From Candidatus Hadarchaeota archaeon (GTDB lineage Archaea; Hadarchaeota; Hadarchaeia; Hadarchaeales; Hadarchaeaceae): a stretch of DNA of 22,610 nucleotides. Shown piece by piece: positions 8,297-16,156 of this stretch; within the stretch, counting starts at the first letter, position 1, and each line of letters opens with the position of its first letter. Position numbers and translations under genes: made by a program. The stretch lies in contig JBFMBF010000019.1 in the NCBI GenBank assembly GCA_040755315.1, positions 1-22,610 on the forward strand. The letters run 5' to 3'. The notes under the pieces were generated by a model. It was given only the letters and a program-made list of their open reading frames with translations. It was not told the origin of the DNA and ran no database searches.

Positions 8297-9514
8297 ATGA
8301 TGGACCTGCTGATATTCCTGGCGGCGGTCGGGGTGTTGTGGCTTGCCGTGGGCCTCGGCTACCGCAGGTACAAGCTGAAGGCGCGAGGTGTCCTCCTCTA
8401 CCCCGGCGCGATGATATGGCGCACCACAAAGGGCCTCGGTGTCATCGACAGGCTGGCGACGAAGCACAAGAGGCTCTGGAGCTCCTATGGTACGGTCGCC
8501 GCGGCACTCGGCGTCTTTTTCATGATTTTTGTCTTCGTCAACATCATCCTTAACGCTGTGGTTCTCCTGAGCCAGCCCGCCAGAGCTGTGACCGGCGTGA
8601 CGTTTGTGCTCCCCGGGCTTGTGCCGGGACTTTCGATAGTTGCCTGGTTGATCAGCGTTGGGCTAGTGCTGGTGATCCACGAGTTCTCTCACGGGCTACT
8701 CCTGAGGAGCCAGGGGTTGAAAACAAAGTTCACGGGCGTGATGCTGTTTCTTTTTATCCCAGGGGCGTTCGTCGAGCCGGATGAGAAGGAGCTGAAAAAG
8801 GCCCCGCGCCACAAGAGGATGAAGATGTTCGCGGCTGGCCCCGTGAGCAACGTGGTTTTCTCATTTTTCTTTCTCTTCCTGCTCTTGGTATTCCTCGTCC
8901 CAAAGTCGGGAGTTTACGTTTATGCAGTGGCGGACAACTATCCCGCTGAGAATCTGGCCGAAAACCTGCTGGGAGCGAAAATACTGGCGATAGAAAATCA
9001 GGGCTTGCGCACGCCGATAGACACGTATGAGAACTTCAGCAAGTTTTTGTTGCAGAGCAGCCCTGGAGAAAACATCGTACTGAGTACGGACAAGGGAGAC
9101 TACCCGCTTACGCTCGCAAATAGTCCCGATAATGAAAATATTGGAACGATTGGAATCCTGACGATAACTTCCACACCCCGCTCGGATTTCATTAACCCGC
9201 TGCTGGTTCTCGGGAGCGCAGTAGGGGTCTTCTTGGGGGCGCCGGTGTTTCACCCGTTCGTTTACGACGCAATAGTGCCGTGGGCGGTGATAGATGTCCT
9301 GAAGTGGCTCTTCGTGCTTAACATAGGCGTCGGCTTGTTCAACCTTCTTCCTGCCAAGCCACTGGACGGCGGCTACCTGTTTGAGGCCCTGCTCGAGAAG
9401 AAAGCCTCGAGAGAGAGGGCGAGGAAGATTGTGAAGGTGTTCTCTTTCCTAGTGCTGTTCCTGATATTGGTGAACTTGGTTCCGTCCCTGCTGAGGAGGG
9501 CCTTCGGTGGTTGA
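8297..9514 (+). CDS. Site-2 protease (peptidase M50) with PDZ-like loop
   Basis: HEFSH zinc motif, GAFVEPD, AAGP..N, FNLLPAKPLDGG. Confidence 0.93.
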   Translation: MMDLLIFLAAVGVLWLAVGLGYRRYKLKARGVLLYPGAMIWRTTKGLGVIDRLATKHKRLWSSYGTVAAALGVFFMIFVFVNIILNAVVLLSQPARAVTGVTFVLPGLVPGLSIVAWLISVGLVLVIHEFSHGLLLRSQGLKTKFTGVMLFLFIPGAFVEPDEKELKKAPRHKRMKMFAAGPVSNVVFSFFFLFLLLVFLVPKSGVYVYAVADNYPAENLAENLLGAKILAIENQGLRTPIDTYENFSKFLLQSSPGENIVLSTDKGDYPLTLANSPDNENIGTIGILTITSTPRSDFINPLLVLGSAVGVFLGAPVFHPFVYDAIVPWAVIDVLKWLFVLNIGVGLFNLLPAKPLDGGYLFEALLEKKASRERARKIVKVFSFLVLFLILVNLVPSLLRRAFGG

Positions 9515-9707
9515 GGTAAAGTTGATTGGCGAAAGTTCCAGGAAGATCAAGGTGGACGGCGAGAGAAAAATCTCAGACATCCTGACGGGCCTCGGCATAA
9601 GCCGGGAGACGGTGGTCGTGAGCCTGAACGGGAAGATAGTGCCAGAAGAGGAGACGGCCAAGGAGGGGGACAGGCTTGAGGTTCTGCCAGTAGTAACTGG
9701 TGGTTGA
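9507..9707 (+). CDS. Ubiquitin-like sulfur carrier (MoaD/ThiS/SAMP family)
   Basis: 66 aa ending in VVTGG, with the VVVSLNG...GDRLEV pattern. It sits directly before the thiolase gene. Confidence 0.9.
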   Translation: MVEVKLIGESSRKIKVDGERKISDILTGLGISRETVVVSLNGKIVPEEETAKEGDRLEVLPVVTGG

Positions 9708-9708
9708 A

Positions 9709-10659
9709 ATGAGGTGCAGCTTCTGCGGGCGCCGTGCCGCATACAGTCAGAGGTATGCGGGGCTCCTGCTCTGCGACAGATGCCTTGCGAAGAGCGTCGA
9801 GCGAAGGTTCAGGCGCGGTATCGCCGAGCATTCGCTCATCTCTCCTGGGGAGAGGATTGTTTTGGCAGTCTCCGGTGGGAAGGACAGCGTGGCCTGCATG
9901 CATTTGTTGACCGAGTACTGCAAGAGAAGGGGATGCAGGTTGCTCGCGGTTACAATCGACGAGGGGATAGCCGGGTACAGGGACGAGAGCATCGAGGTGG
10001 CACTGGAGAACGCGGAGCTACTCGGGGTTGAGCACAAGGTCGTCAGCTTCAAACAGGCCTTTGGCGCAACGCTTGACGAGATGGTGAAACTTTTGGAAGA
10101 GAGGAAGACCGGGCTGGGCGCGTGCACCTATTGCGGGATTCTGCGGCGTTCGTTACTCAACCAGGCCGCGAGGGAAGCCGGGGCCCAGAAGCTGGCAACC
10201 GCCCACAACTTGGACGACGAGGTCCAGGCGGTCATGCTCAACTACATCCGCGGGGACTTTGTTAGGCTCCACCGCTTGGGGCCGGCTTACAGCCCGCGGC
10301 AGGGGTTCGTCCCGAGGATAAAGCCGATGCGAGAGATACCGGAGAAGGAAGTGGCAGCATATGCGCTGCTGAAAGGGATTAAGGTGCACCTCGGCGTCTG
10401 CCCCTATGCTGGAGGAATCCACACAGAAATAAGGGACTTCATCAACCGCCTCGAGGAAAACCATCCGAACTCAAAGTTCATGGTTCTCAGGATGTTCGAC
10501 AGGATGAGGCCCCATCTTGCACAGGCGGTGCCGGAGTTTGATATTGGAAAGTGCGAGAGGTGTAGTGAGCCTACCTCTGCCAACGTGTGCAAGTCCTGCG
10601 AACTTTTAGAACAGTTGGGGATAAGTCCAACACACAACTTTTTTAGTAAAGATTATTAG
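9709..10659 (+). CDS. ncsA: tRNA 2-thiolation protein NcsA/TtuA/Ncs6 family
   Basis: N-terminal CSFC...CDRC, PP-loop SGGKDS, CTYCG..RR..LN, ATAHNLDD, CPY, C-terminal CERC...CKSC. Confidence 0.9.
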   Translation: MRCSFCGRRAAYSQRYAGLLLCDRCLAKSVERRFRRGIAEHSLISPGERIVLAVSGGKDSVACMHLLTEYCKRRGCRLLAVTIDEGIAGYRDESIEVALENAELLGVEHKVVSFKQAFGATLDEMVKLLEERKTGLGACTYCGILRRSLLNQAAREAGAQKLATAHNLDDEVQAVMLNYIRGDFVRLHRLGPAYSPRQGFVPRIKPMREIPEKEVAAYALLKGIKVHLGVCPYAGGIHTEIRDFINRLEENHPNSKFMVLRMFDRMRPHLAQAVPEFDIGKCERCSEPTSANVCKSCELLEQLGISPTHNFFSKDY

Positions 10660-11394
10660 ATGTATTTGAGTGATTTCTTGAAAAAGAATGATTTAGATAA
10701 AGTATTCAAAGCTATTGAGCACGTTAGAGTCAGATTCCCCCTCGTTTTTAATATTTCCAAAAAGTTCGTGCCATCCCCGTTGACGGCGAAAATTAGTCTT
10801 GCCACTGGCATAAAACAATATGAAACATTTGTTGAAAGTAAAATGGGCCCGCGTCTTCATGAAGGCCACGTTTTTTTGGATGTAGGTGCATTTGTTGGTT
10901 ATTACAGCATTTATGCGTCAAAAAAAGTCGGCAGGGCTGGTATTGTTGTGGCTATCGAGCCGGAGCCAAAAAATTTCAAAATGCTTTTAATCAACACAAG
11001 AGGTTTGGAGAATGTTATCCCAATTAATGCGGCGCTCTGGAGCAAGGACGGAACAGTTAGTTTAATCCCCCAAGGCTCCAGCACCAAATCTTTCGAAAAT
11101 AAAGTTGAGAAATACATTCAGGTTAGGGCATTTACGTTGGATACTTTAATTAAAAAGTTGAATATCCCACGGGTCGATGCAATAAAAATAGACACAGAGG
11201 GAGCAGAGTTAGAGGTGCTGAAAGGCGCAAGACAAACACTTAAAAAACAATTGAAATTTGCGTCAGTTGAAATTCATGGGTCAAATTCTAAAGAACTTGA
11301 AAATAAATCAAGAAAAGTAGTCAAAATTTTAAAACAAAATAAACTTCGTGTGGAAAGGCCAATTCCAAAATTTGTTTTTGGGTCCATAGAGTAA
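10660..11394 (+). CDS. FkbM-family SAM-dependent methyltransferase
   Basis: FLDVGAFVGYYS, VVAIEPEP.NF, IKIDTEGAEL.VLKG, VEIH. Visibly AT-rich compared with its neighbours. Confidence 0.88.
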   Translation: MYLSDFLKKNDLDKVFKAIEHVRVRFPLVFNISKKFVPSPLTAKISLATGIKQYETFVESKMGPRLHEGHVFLDVGAFVGYYSIYASKKVGRAGIVVAIEPEPKNFKMLLINTRGLENVIPINAALWSKDGTVSLIPQGSSTKSFENKVEKYIQVRAFTLDTLIKKLNIPRVDAIKIDTEGAELEVLKGARQTLKKQLKFASVEIHGSNSKELENKSRKVVKILKQNKLRVERPIPKFVFGSIE

Positions 11395-11409
11395 CCAGCA
11401 TCTGCATGC

Positions 11410-11922
11410 TTGTTCATTGGCATAGCTGAACTTCACGCCGAGGGCTGCTTCAAATGGCGCCAAGCGGGGAAAGGCAAGGGCGCCCAAGTTTTGGTGTCTG
11501 TACCACACTTCTCGGCCCGCACAATCACCATATCCGCGCTGCCCACAATGCCAGTCAGCGGACTTCCACCTTTGTATATTGTGCTTGGCGCAGCGCTCGG
11601 CCTAGCGGTGGTCACGGTAGCAGTTATTTGGCACCAGCTTCGGAAGTCGCGTGAGGAGACGACATCAATGTTGATTGAGCATGGCATGACGGACATGAGA
11701 ATCGCAGAAGCGGAGATTGTCAGGGAAATCAGGGAAATGAACGAGTTCACCATTACAGACCTGATGCAAAAAACAGGCGCCTCCAAGACTCAAGTGTGGC
11801 GCACTGTACACAGGTTGATGGAGGAAGAACTCGTGGAGCCGACGGAGCAGGTCAAGCCGCCCGCTGGTGGGGACGGGAGCCGGGGAAAACCAAGCGTAGT
11901 TTACAGGTACGTTGGCAAGTAG
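11410..11922 (+). CDS. Single-TM membrane-anchored HTH protein (COG2512-like), probably 5'-truncated
   Basis: TM helix LYIVLGAALGLAVVTVAVIW, then FTITDLMQKTGASKTQVWRTVHRL...GKPSVVYRY (wHTH). No convincing start codon or signal peptide. Confidence 0.6.
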   Translation: MFIGIAELHAEGCFKWRQAGKGKGAQVLVSVPHFSARTITISALPTMPVSGLPPLYIVLGAALGLAVVTVAVIWHQLRKSREETTSMLIEHGMTDMRIAEAEIVREIREMNEFTITDLMQKTGASKTQVWRTVHRLMEEELVEPTEQVKPPAGGDGSRGKPSVVYRYVGK

Positions 11923-11991
11923 TTCAATTGATTTCGCAAAACAGGCGCGACCCCATCGATTGTTTTATACAGTCTGAAAGCGAAATTCAAT

Positions 11992-12306
11992 CGGCGGCGG
12001 GCTAGGCGGGCAGCTGCCCCTTGCCTACACCACAAATGGGGCTTATGGTGGGCCGAAGCTCGAGGGCGGCGCTGGAACTGCGTGCACGAGCTGGTTGCCG
12101 GCGACGAAGTCCTGTCCCGCAGGGCCTACGGTGGCGGAGCCCCAGCCGAAGGGTTGGGGAGGACCGCCTTTGTCTGGCGAAACCGGCCAGGACCGGAAGG
12201 TAGCAGCCGTAGTCAGGGCGTCCGGCGCTTGTGGAAAACGGGATGGAGCTTGGTGCCAGTCACCGGCGCGCGGGGAAAGCGTCCACTTCGGGCGCGCTCG
12301 TCGCCG
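11992..12306 (+). ncRNA. ffs: Archaeal signal recognition particle RNA (7S)
   Basis: Terminal helix CGGCGGCGGGC (11992-12002) pairs with GCTCGTCGCCG (12296-12306). Helix 8 GGCCAGGACCGGAAGGTAGCAGCC. Alu kissing loops GCCCC/GGGGC. TATA-like TTTTATA about 25 bp upstream. Confidence 0.95.
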
Positions 12307-12354
12307 CTTATGGCACTGCCTAAATTTAAACCACCAGACCTACACTTGTTTGGA

Positions 12355-12463
12355 GCCGGGGTGGCCCAGCCAGGTACGGCGATAGGTCTGTAAAGACCCG
12401 CTAGAGGTTGCTAACCTATTGGCGCATCGCGCCTCAGGGGTTCAAATCCCCTCCCCGGCGCCA
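12355..12463 (+). tRNA. tRNA-Ser(GCT) with a 21-nt non-canonical intron (12384-12404, position 28/29)
   Basis: Acceptor GCCGGGG/CCCCGGC, G73, encoded CCA. Long variable arm GGCGC-ATC-GCGCC. T arm AGGGG-TTCAAAT-CCCCT. Removing the intron gives ATAGG-TTGCTAA-CCTAT. Confidence 0.9.
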
Positions 12464-12500
12464 CACTTTCGGTTCGAATCCCCAAACCTTAAATGTTAAA

Positions 12501-12518
12501 AGTAACAAAAATGTTACT
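12501..12518. promoter_or_regulatory. Palindromic operator of module 1
   Basis: AGTAACA-AAAA-TGTTACT lies between the TATA-like TTAAAT (12489-12494) and ATG 12531. Confidence 0.7.
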
Positions 12519-12530
12519 AAAGGGATATCC

Positions 12531-13409
12531 ATGTTGGGAATAAAAAACACGATCTCGAAAGGGACCGTTGAGCTGAGGAAATTCGGAGGCGAGAACTACC
12601 CGTATCTCAAGGTGACGTTGGGCAGGCTCGTCAAGCGGGGCGCTGCAGTCAAGGTTCGGCGCGGGGTGTACTTCATCCCATCTCCGGAGAACGTTTCCAA
12701 GCTACAGGCTTTGAGGGAAAACCTGGCCGTTTACCAAATCGTGAGATCGATCTATTCGGAATTCCACCGCGACCTGAAGCTTGTTCTCCTTTACGGTTCC
12801 TACGCTAGGGGTGATTTCGACAAGAAAAGTGATGTGGACGTACTGGTCGTCGCGAAGCGGGGGGCAAAGGATTTGGCAAACAGGTTGAGCAAGCAACTTG
12901 GTCTGAGGGTCGACATCCGGGTCATCAGTGAATCCTATTTCAAAAGGCTCATGGTGGTTGAACCCAAAGTTCACTTTTGGTTGAAGGAGGGACTCGTGTT
13001 TGACGAGGCGGGGGTCACAAAGGAAGTTTACCCGGTCGGAAAAATCGGCATCTACGAAGCGCTCAGGAGCGCCGAACTGCAGCTCGAACTTTCGAGAGCT
13101 GCCGACACCTCATCCAAAAAAGGCTATCATCTTCTGGTCGCGCTGAGGGAACTCCTCACCCTGAAGCACGCGCTTGGTCTCGATTTTGACTACAGAAACG
13201 TTAAGGAAGAGCTGGCTGAGGTGGCCGGAAGAGGAGCGATAGAAAAGCTCAGGGGGCGGGGAAAGTCCAGCGTGACCGGAGGGGAGTTGCACAGGTGGAA
13301 GTTGTCGGCTGAAAAATTATATCTGGGCCTGAAGCGTGTGTACGGGAAGCTCGGGGAAAGTATTGGAGATCTCTACGTGAAGAAACTGGTGAGGCATGAA
13401 CATGAGTAA
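12531..13409 (+). CDS. wHTH + minimal nucleotidyltransferase (MNT) + C-terminal helical domain protein (module 1, large gene)
   Basis: LGRLVKRG...VRRGVY (AbiEi-like wHTH wing). LLYGSYARGDFDKKSDVDVLVV...RVDI (MNT). The upstream ORF extension overlaps the tRNA, so the start is set at ATG 12531. Confidence 0.85.
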   Translation: MLGIKNTISKGTVELRKFGGENYPYLKVTLGRLVKRGAAVKVRRGVYFIPSPENVSKLQALRENLAVYQIVRSIYSEFHRDLKLVLLYGSYARGDFDKKSDVDVLVVAKRGAKDLANRLSKQLGLRVDIRVISESYFKRLMVVEPKVHFWLKEGLVFDEAGVTKEVYPVGKIGIYEALRSAELQLELSRAADTSSKKGYHLLVALRELLTLKHALGLDFDYRNVKEELAEVAGRGAIEKLRGRGKSSVTGGELHRWKLSAEKLYLGLKRVYGKLGESIGDLYVKKLVRHEHE

Positions 13410-13707
13410 AACGAGGGATGCGAGGGCGATAAGCAACCTGCTGGGAAACTCGGCAGCGCACTACGCGCTCTACGGCGGGGAGCAGAGGGAGATCGGCGTG
13501 TACACGGAGCAGGCGGAGGACCTGGCGAGAGAGAGGTCCTGGAACCAGAGGGATCGCGAGGCCATCAAAGATTGGGCGATGAGGCGGGCCCGGAGCGAGA
13601 TCCGGCAGAGGGTGCCGTTGCTGGGGATTGACGAGAGAGAAGAGGAACACTATCTCGGGAAGGCGGAAGAGTTCATAGACAATTTCATGGGGTCAAAATT
13701 GGGCTAG
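13402..13707 (+). CDS. Uncharacterised ~101-aa helical protein (module 1, small gene)
   Basis: Overlaps the upstream stop and follows a GGTGAGG ribosome-binding site. Full-length paralogue at 17112..17426. Alternative start at 13396. Confidence 0.85.
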   Translation: MSKTRDARAISNLLGNSAAHYALYGGEQREIGVYTEQAEDLARERSWNQRDREAIKDWAMRRARSEIRQRVPLLGIDEREEEHYLGKAEEFIDNFMGSKLG

Positions 13708-13933
13708 CCGGCTGGTTTATTGGCGGGAGGTACAGAGAAATATTGGCGAACGTACGATTAGTACTTTAACTACGGAGCCTTTCAGGTGGGCTTTTCTAAT
13801 TTCGTTTCGAACCTCATCGGCAGTTCTTCCAAGGGGGCAAATTCTATAATAAAAGGGAGCCGAACCAAAAGGGCGATTCCCTTCCCCGGCGCCAGCCCTT
13901 TTAGCCCTCCGCGAGCAATTGTCATGGTGAACC

Positions 13934-15088
13934 ATGCCGGAAGTCCCATCCCTCAGCGGCCGCGTGATATTCCAGTACCTTTACGACGTCGGCGGCGACA
14001 TCGACATTTCAAAAATCTCAAAGGAGAAGTTCAGCCCCATCGAGCGCCCCAGGGTGAGGGGAGAGCGTCTTCTCGCGCCGAAGTACGAGGAGGTCGGGCT
14101 CGTCCCGCTGGAGGTTGACCTCGGCTCCAAAAAAATAGACAAGTACCAGACCACCTTGGAGGGCAGGATTTTTCCCATCGGCGCTGTAGGAGTTTACATC
14201 TCCGTTGAGTTCCGCAATCTCACTTTCGATGGCCTGATAAAACTTGTAAACCTCAACGACGGGAAGGTCAAATTGGGCGGAAAGGAGGTTGAGTTCGACG
14301 AGGTTCCGCGCGAGTTTTTCCAGCAGCTGCGCGGCTCCATAAAGTCCGCAATCCAGTACCCATATCAATTTTTGGAGCACCCCCAGGTTTACACCCTTGT
14401 CCTGATAGCCGAGTCCGACCCGAGGCTCGACGCTGATGATTTTTTGACAAAGTTCAAGAAGCAGACGGCTGGGGTCCTTCGCGGGGAGAAAAACTGGCGC
14501 TCCCTGAGCCAGAAGGAGGTGGACGACGCCATCAAGCCATACCTGAGCTACTCGGAGGGGGACGTGGTGATTGTCGACTGGTACTCCGCCCTCATCAGCG
14601 GCGCGGTGGAGTACACGGACGACTTGGTGAGGATGATAGAGCTTGCGCTTGTCCAGCTGCTCGAGCTCAGGACATACGACCGACTCCTTGACGTCAGGGC
14701 CCAGCGGGCCTACGACGGCCTGCGCGCGGTCTTCAAGAAGCCGAGCCTCGGGATCTTCTGGAAGGGCCGGGCTTACGGGGAACTGACGCGCGCTACCCGG
14801 GAACTGGCCGAGGCCAGGATAGAGATAATGGATTTCCTTGAGGACGCCCGCAACATCTCGAAGCTCACGGGGGAGTGGTACTTGGGCAAGCTCTACCGCA
14901 TGGCGAGCGAGCGCTTCCGCATCCCCGAGTGGCTTGCGCTTGTGGACAGGAAGCTCGACCAGCTCCAGGAGCTTTACTCCATCTCCGTGGGAAGAATAGA
15001 CACACAGCGGCTCCTGACGCTCGAGGCGCTCATCGTCCTGCTGTTCGTCATAGTGCTGGTTCTGGACATCCTCATTCTGGTGAAATGA
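13934..15088 (+). CDS. RMD1/DUF155-like protein with C-terminal TM helix
   Basis: LSYSEGDVVIVDW.SA, IELA..QLLELRTYD..LD, GEWYL.KLY..ASERF.I.EW...VDRKL, LE.LIVLLF. Family assignment is from memory of the pattern. Confidence 0.6.
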   Translation: MPEVPSLSGRVIFQYLYDVGGDIDISKISKEKFSPIERPRVRGERLLAPKYEEVGLVPLEVDLGSKKIDKYQTTLEGRIFPIGAVGVYISVEFRNLTFDGLIKLVNLNDGKVKLGGKEVEFDEVPREFFQQLRGSIKSAIQYPYQFLEHPQVYTLVLIAESDPRLDADDFLTKFKKQTAGVLRGEKNWRSLSQKEVDDAIKPYLSYSEGDVVIVDWYSALISGAVEYTDDLVRMIELALVQLLELRTYDRLLDVRAQRAYDGLRAVFKKPSLGIFWKGRAYGELTRATRELAEARIEIMDFLEDARNISKLTGEWYLGKLYRMASERFRIPEWLALVDRKLDQLQELYSISVGRIDTQRLLTLEALIVLLFVIVLVLDILILVK

Positions 15089-15122
15089 GCGCAGCTTTTA
15101 TCGGGCCGCGCAGATTTCCATT

Positions 15123-15195
15123 GGGCCCGTGGTCCAGCGGTTAAGACGCTACCCTTACACGGTAGATATCGAGGGTTCGAATCCCTCCGGGCCCA
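15123..15195 (+). tRNA. tRNA-Val(TAC), intronless
   Basis: GGGCCCG/CGGGCCC, A73. Anticodon arm CTACC-CTTACAC-GGTAG. T arm GAGGG-TTCGAAT-CCCTC. Only CC of CCA is encoded. Confidence 0.97.
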
Positions 15196-15398
15196 CCTCT
15201 CCAGCAGTGAATTTCCGAGGACGCGACCAAGGCAAACCTCGTCTACAATATCTGTCCGAGTTCCTGGGCGCGGTGATGTTAATACAAGACCATCATGAAA
15301 CGTTTGTAGAGCAAAGCATCCATGCCGTGGGCTGTCCGTCGAGTGTCAAGAACTCGTGCGCAGGTGTTACTAATGCTTAGTCCTAACCTTGTCGTGGC

Positions 15399-15932
15399 TC
15401 AGCTTGGTTGGAATTCTGAATCAGGGATTGACGGGTTCACCTGAATGTTGTAAATCCTTACTGTCGAACCAGTGGTTGGGTCGGTGTAGGTGTATTCACC
15501 TGTTCCAGTCCAGCCAGCCAACTGTGTAGTGTACGTTTGTGTCATTGCGGTGTAGGTTTCGGGGCTGATGTAGCTTGACATGTCTTGCCAGCCTGTCTCT
15601 GCCGTCCACATCCATGTTTTACTGGCGCCAGAGTCCACGATTACGCTGCTTGTGGTACCCGCCACGGTCATGTCCATTCTGAGCTTTGCGGTTGATTGCC
15701 CGATGTTTTTCATCTTTACAGTAGATGTCAACGACTGGCTCTGATAAGTTCCGTCCACGTTGAAGCTCAGACTGGTTGCAGTAGAAACATTGCCGCTGGT
15801 AGCGGTGCTCCCCCCTCCACCACCGCCTTTCAGGACCAAGAAGCCGCCGACGCCAGCCGCCGCGATGATGATCACTATGAAAACTCCCACGCCAGCCGAA
15901 ATTGCAACCCCTGCTGATTCTTTTCTCCTCAT
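15399..15932 (-). CDS. Membrane-anchored extracellular protein, LolA-like beta-rich fold
   Basis: N-terminal TM helix, Gly6/Ser/Thr linker, KLRMDM...VIVD....TWMW and terminal NIQVNPSIPDSEFQP. Confidence 0.65.
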   Translation of the reverse strand: MRRKESAGVAISAGVGVFIVIIIAAAGVGGFLVLKGGGGGGSTATSGNVSTATSLSFNVDGTYQSQSLTSTVKMKNIGQSTAKLRMDMTVAGTTSSVIVDSGASKTWMWTAETGWQDMSSYISPETYTAMTQTYTTQLAGWTGTGEYTYTDPTTGSTVRIYNIQVNPSIPDSEFQPS

Positions 15933-16033
15933 TTTTTTACCTCCATTTTAAATGAACCCCGCGCCTAATAAACCACACTGATGGCGGCCGCCCATCGAGC
16001 ACGATTTTAAGACAGCGGGTGATGGTAAACTGT

Positions 16034-16150
16034 GCCCCGGTGGTGTAGCCCGGTCAAGGAGAAAACCTCCGCCGAAATCATACAGCCCTTTCGAGCTCGA
16101 TTGGGCGATGAAAGGCTGCGACGCGGGTTCAAATCCCGCCCGGGGCACCA
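16034..16150 (+). tRNA. tRNA-Glu(TTC) with two introns (16057-16076 in the D loop, 20b/21; 16094-16112 at 37/38)
   Basis: The spliced form GCCCCGGTGGTGTAGCCCGGTCAATCATACAGCCCTTTCGAGGCTGCGACGCGGGTTCAAATCCCGCCCGGGGCACCA folds as a normal archaeal tRNA-Glu. Both inserts form BHB-like motifs. Confidence 0.92.
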
Positions 16151-16156
16151 CAATAG

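Larger units (their letters stand above)
12445..13894. mobile_element. ~1.45-kb integrase-less islet bounded by direct repeats of the tRNA-Ser 3' end
   Basis: AATCCCCTCCCCGGCGCCA (12445-12463) versus ATTCCCTTCCCCGGCGCCA (13876-13894): 17/19 identical, last 12 nt exact. Confidence 0.65.

Noticed and set aside
9507..10659. SAMP + NcsA near lysS and tRNA-Glu(TTC) as a novel tRNA-modification cluster
   Set aside because: The sulfur carrier-thiolase pairing is well known, and the proximity to lysS and tRNA-Glu is loose.
12387..12393. tRNA-Thr(TGT) with a canonical 37/38 intron
   Set aside because: It would need C33, no BHB forms at that position, and G73 plus the long variable arm indicate Ser.
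12021..12530. ORFs 12021..12203, 12082..12393, 12095..12385 and the 12408 extension of the MNT gene
   Set aside because: They overlap the SRP RNA and tRNA-Ser genes.
13786..14118. Long alternative-frame or antisense ORFs (also 3617..4390, 4949..5716, 6347..7006, 7429..8025, 17498..17815, 21610..22179)
   Set aside because: Shadows of well-supported genes, or open frames in GC-rich DNA, with no recognisable motifs.
15196..16033. Island at tRNA-Val
   Set aside because: No copy of the tRNA-Val 3' end was found downstream. ORFs 15129..15380 and 15948..16255 overlap tRNAs and look spurious.
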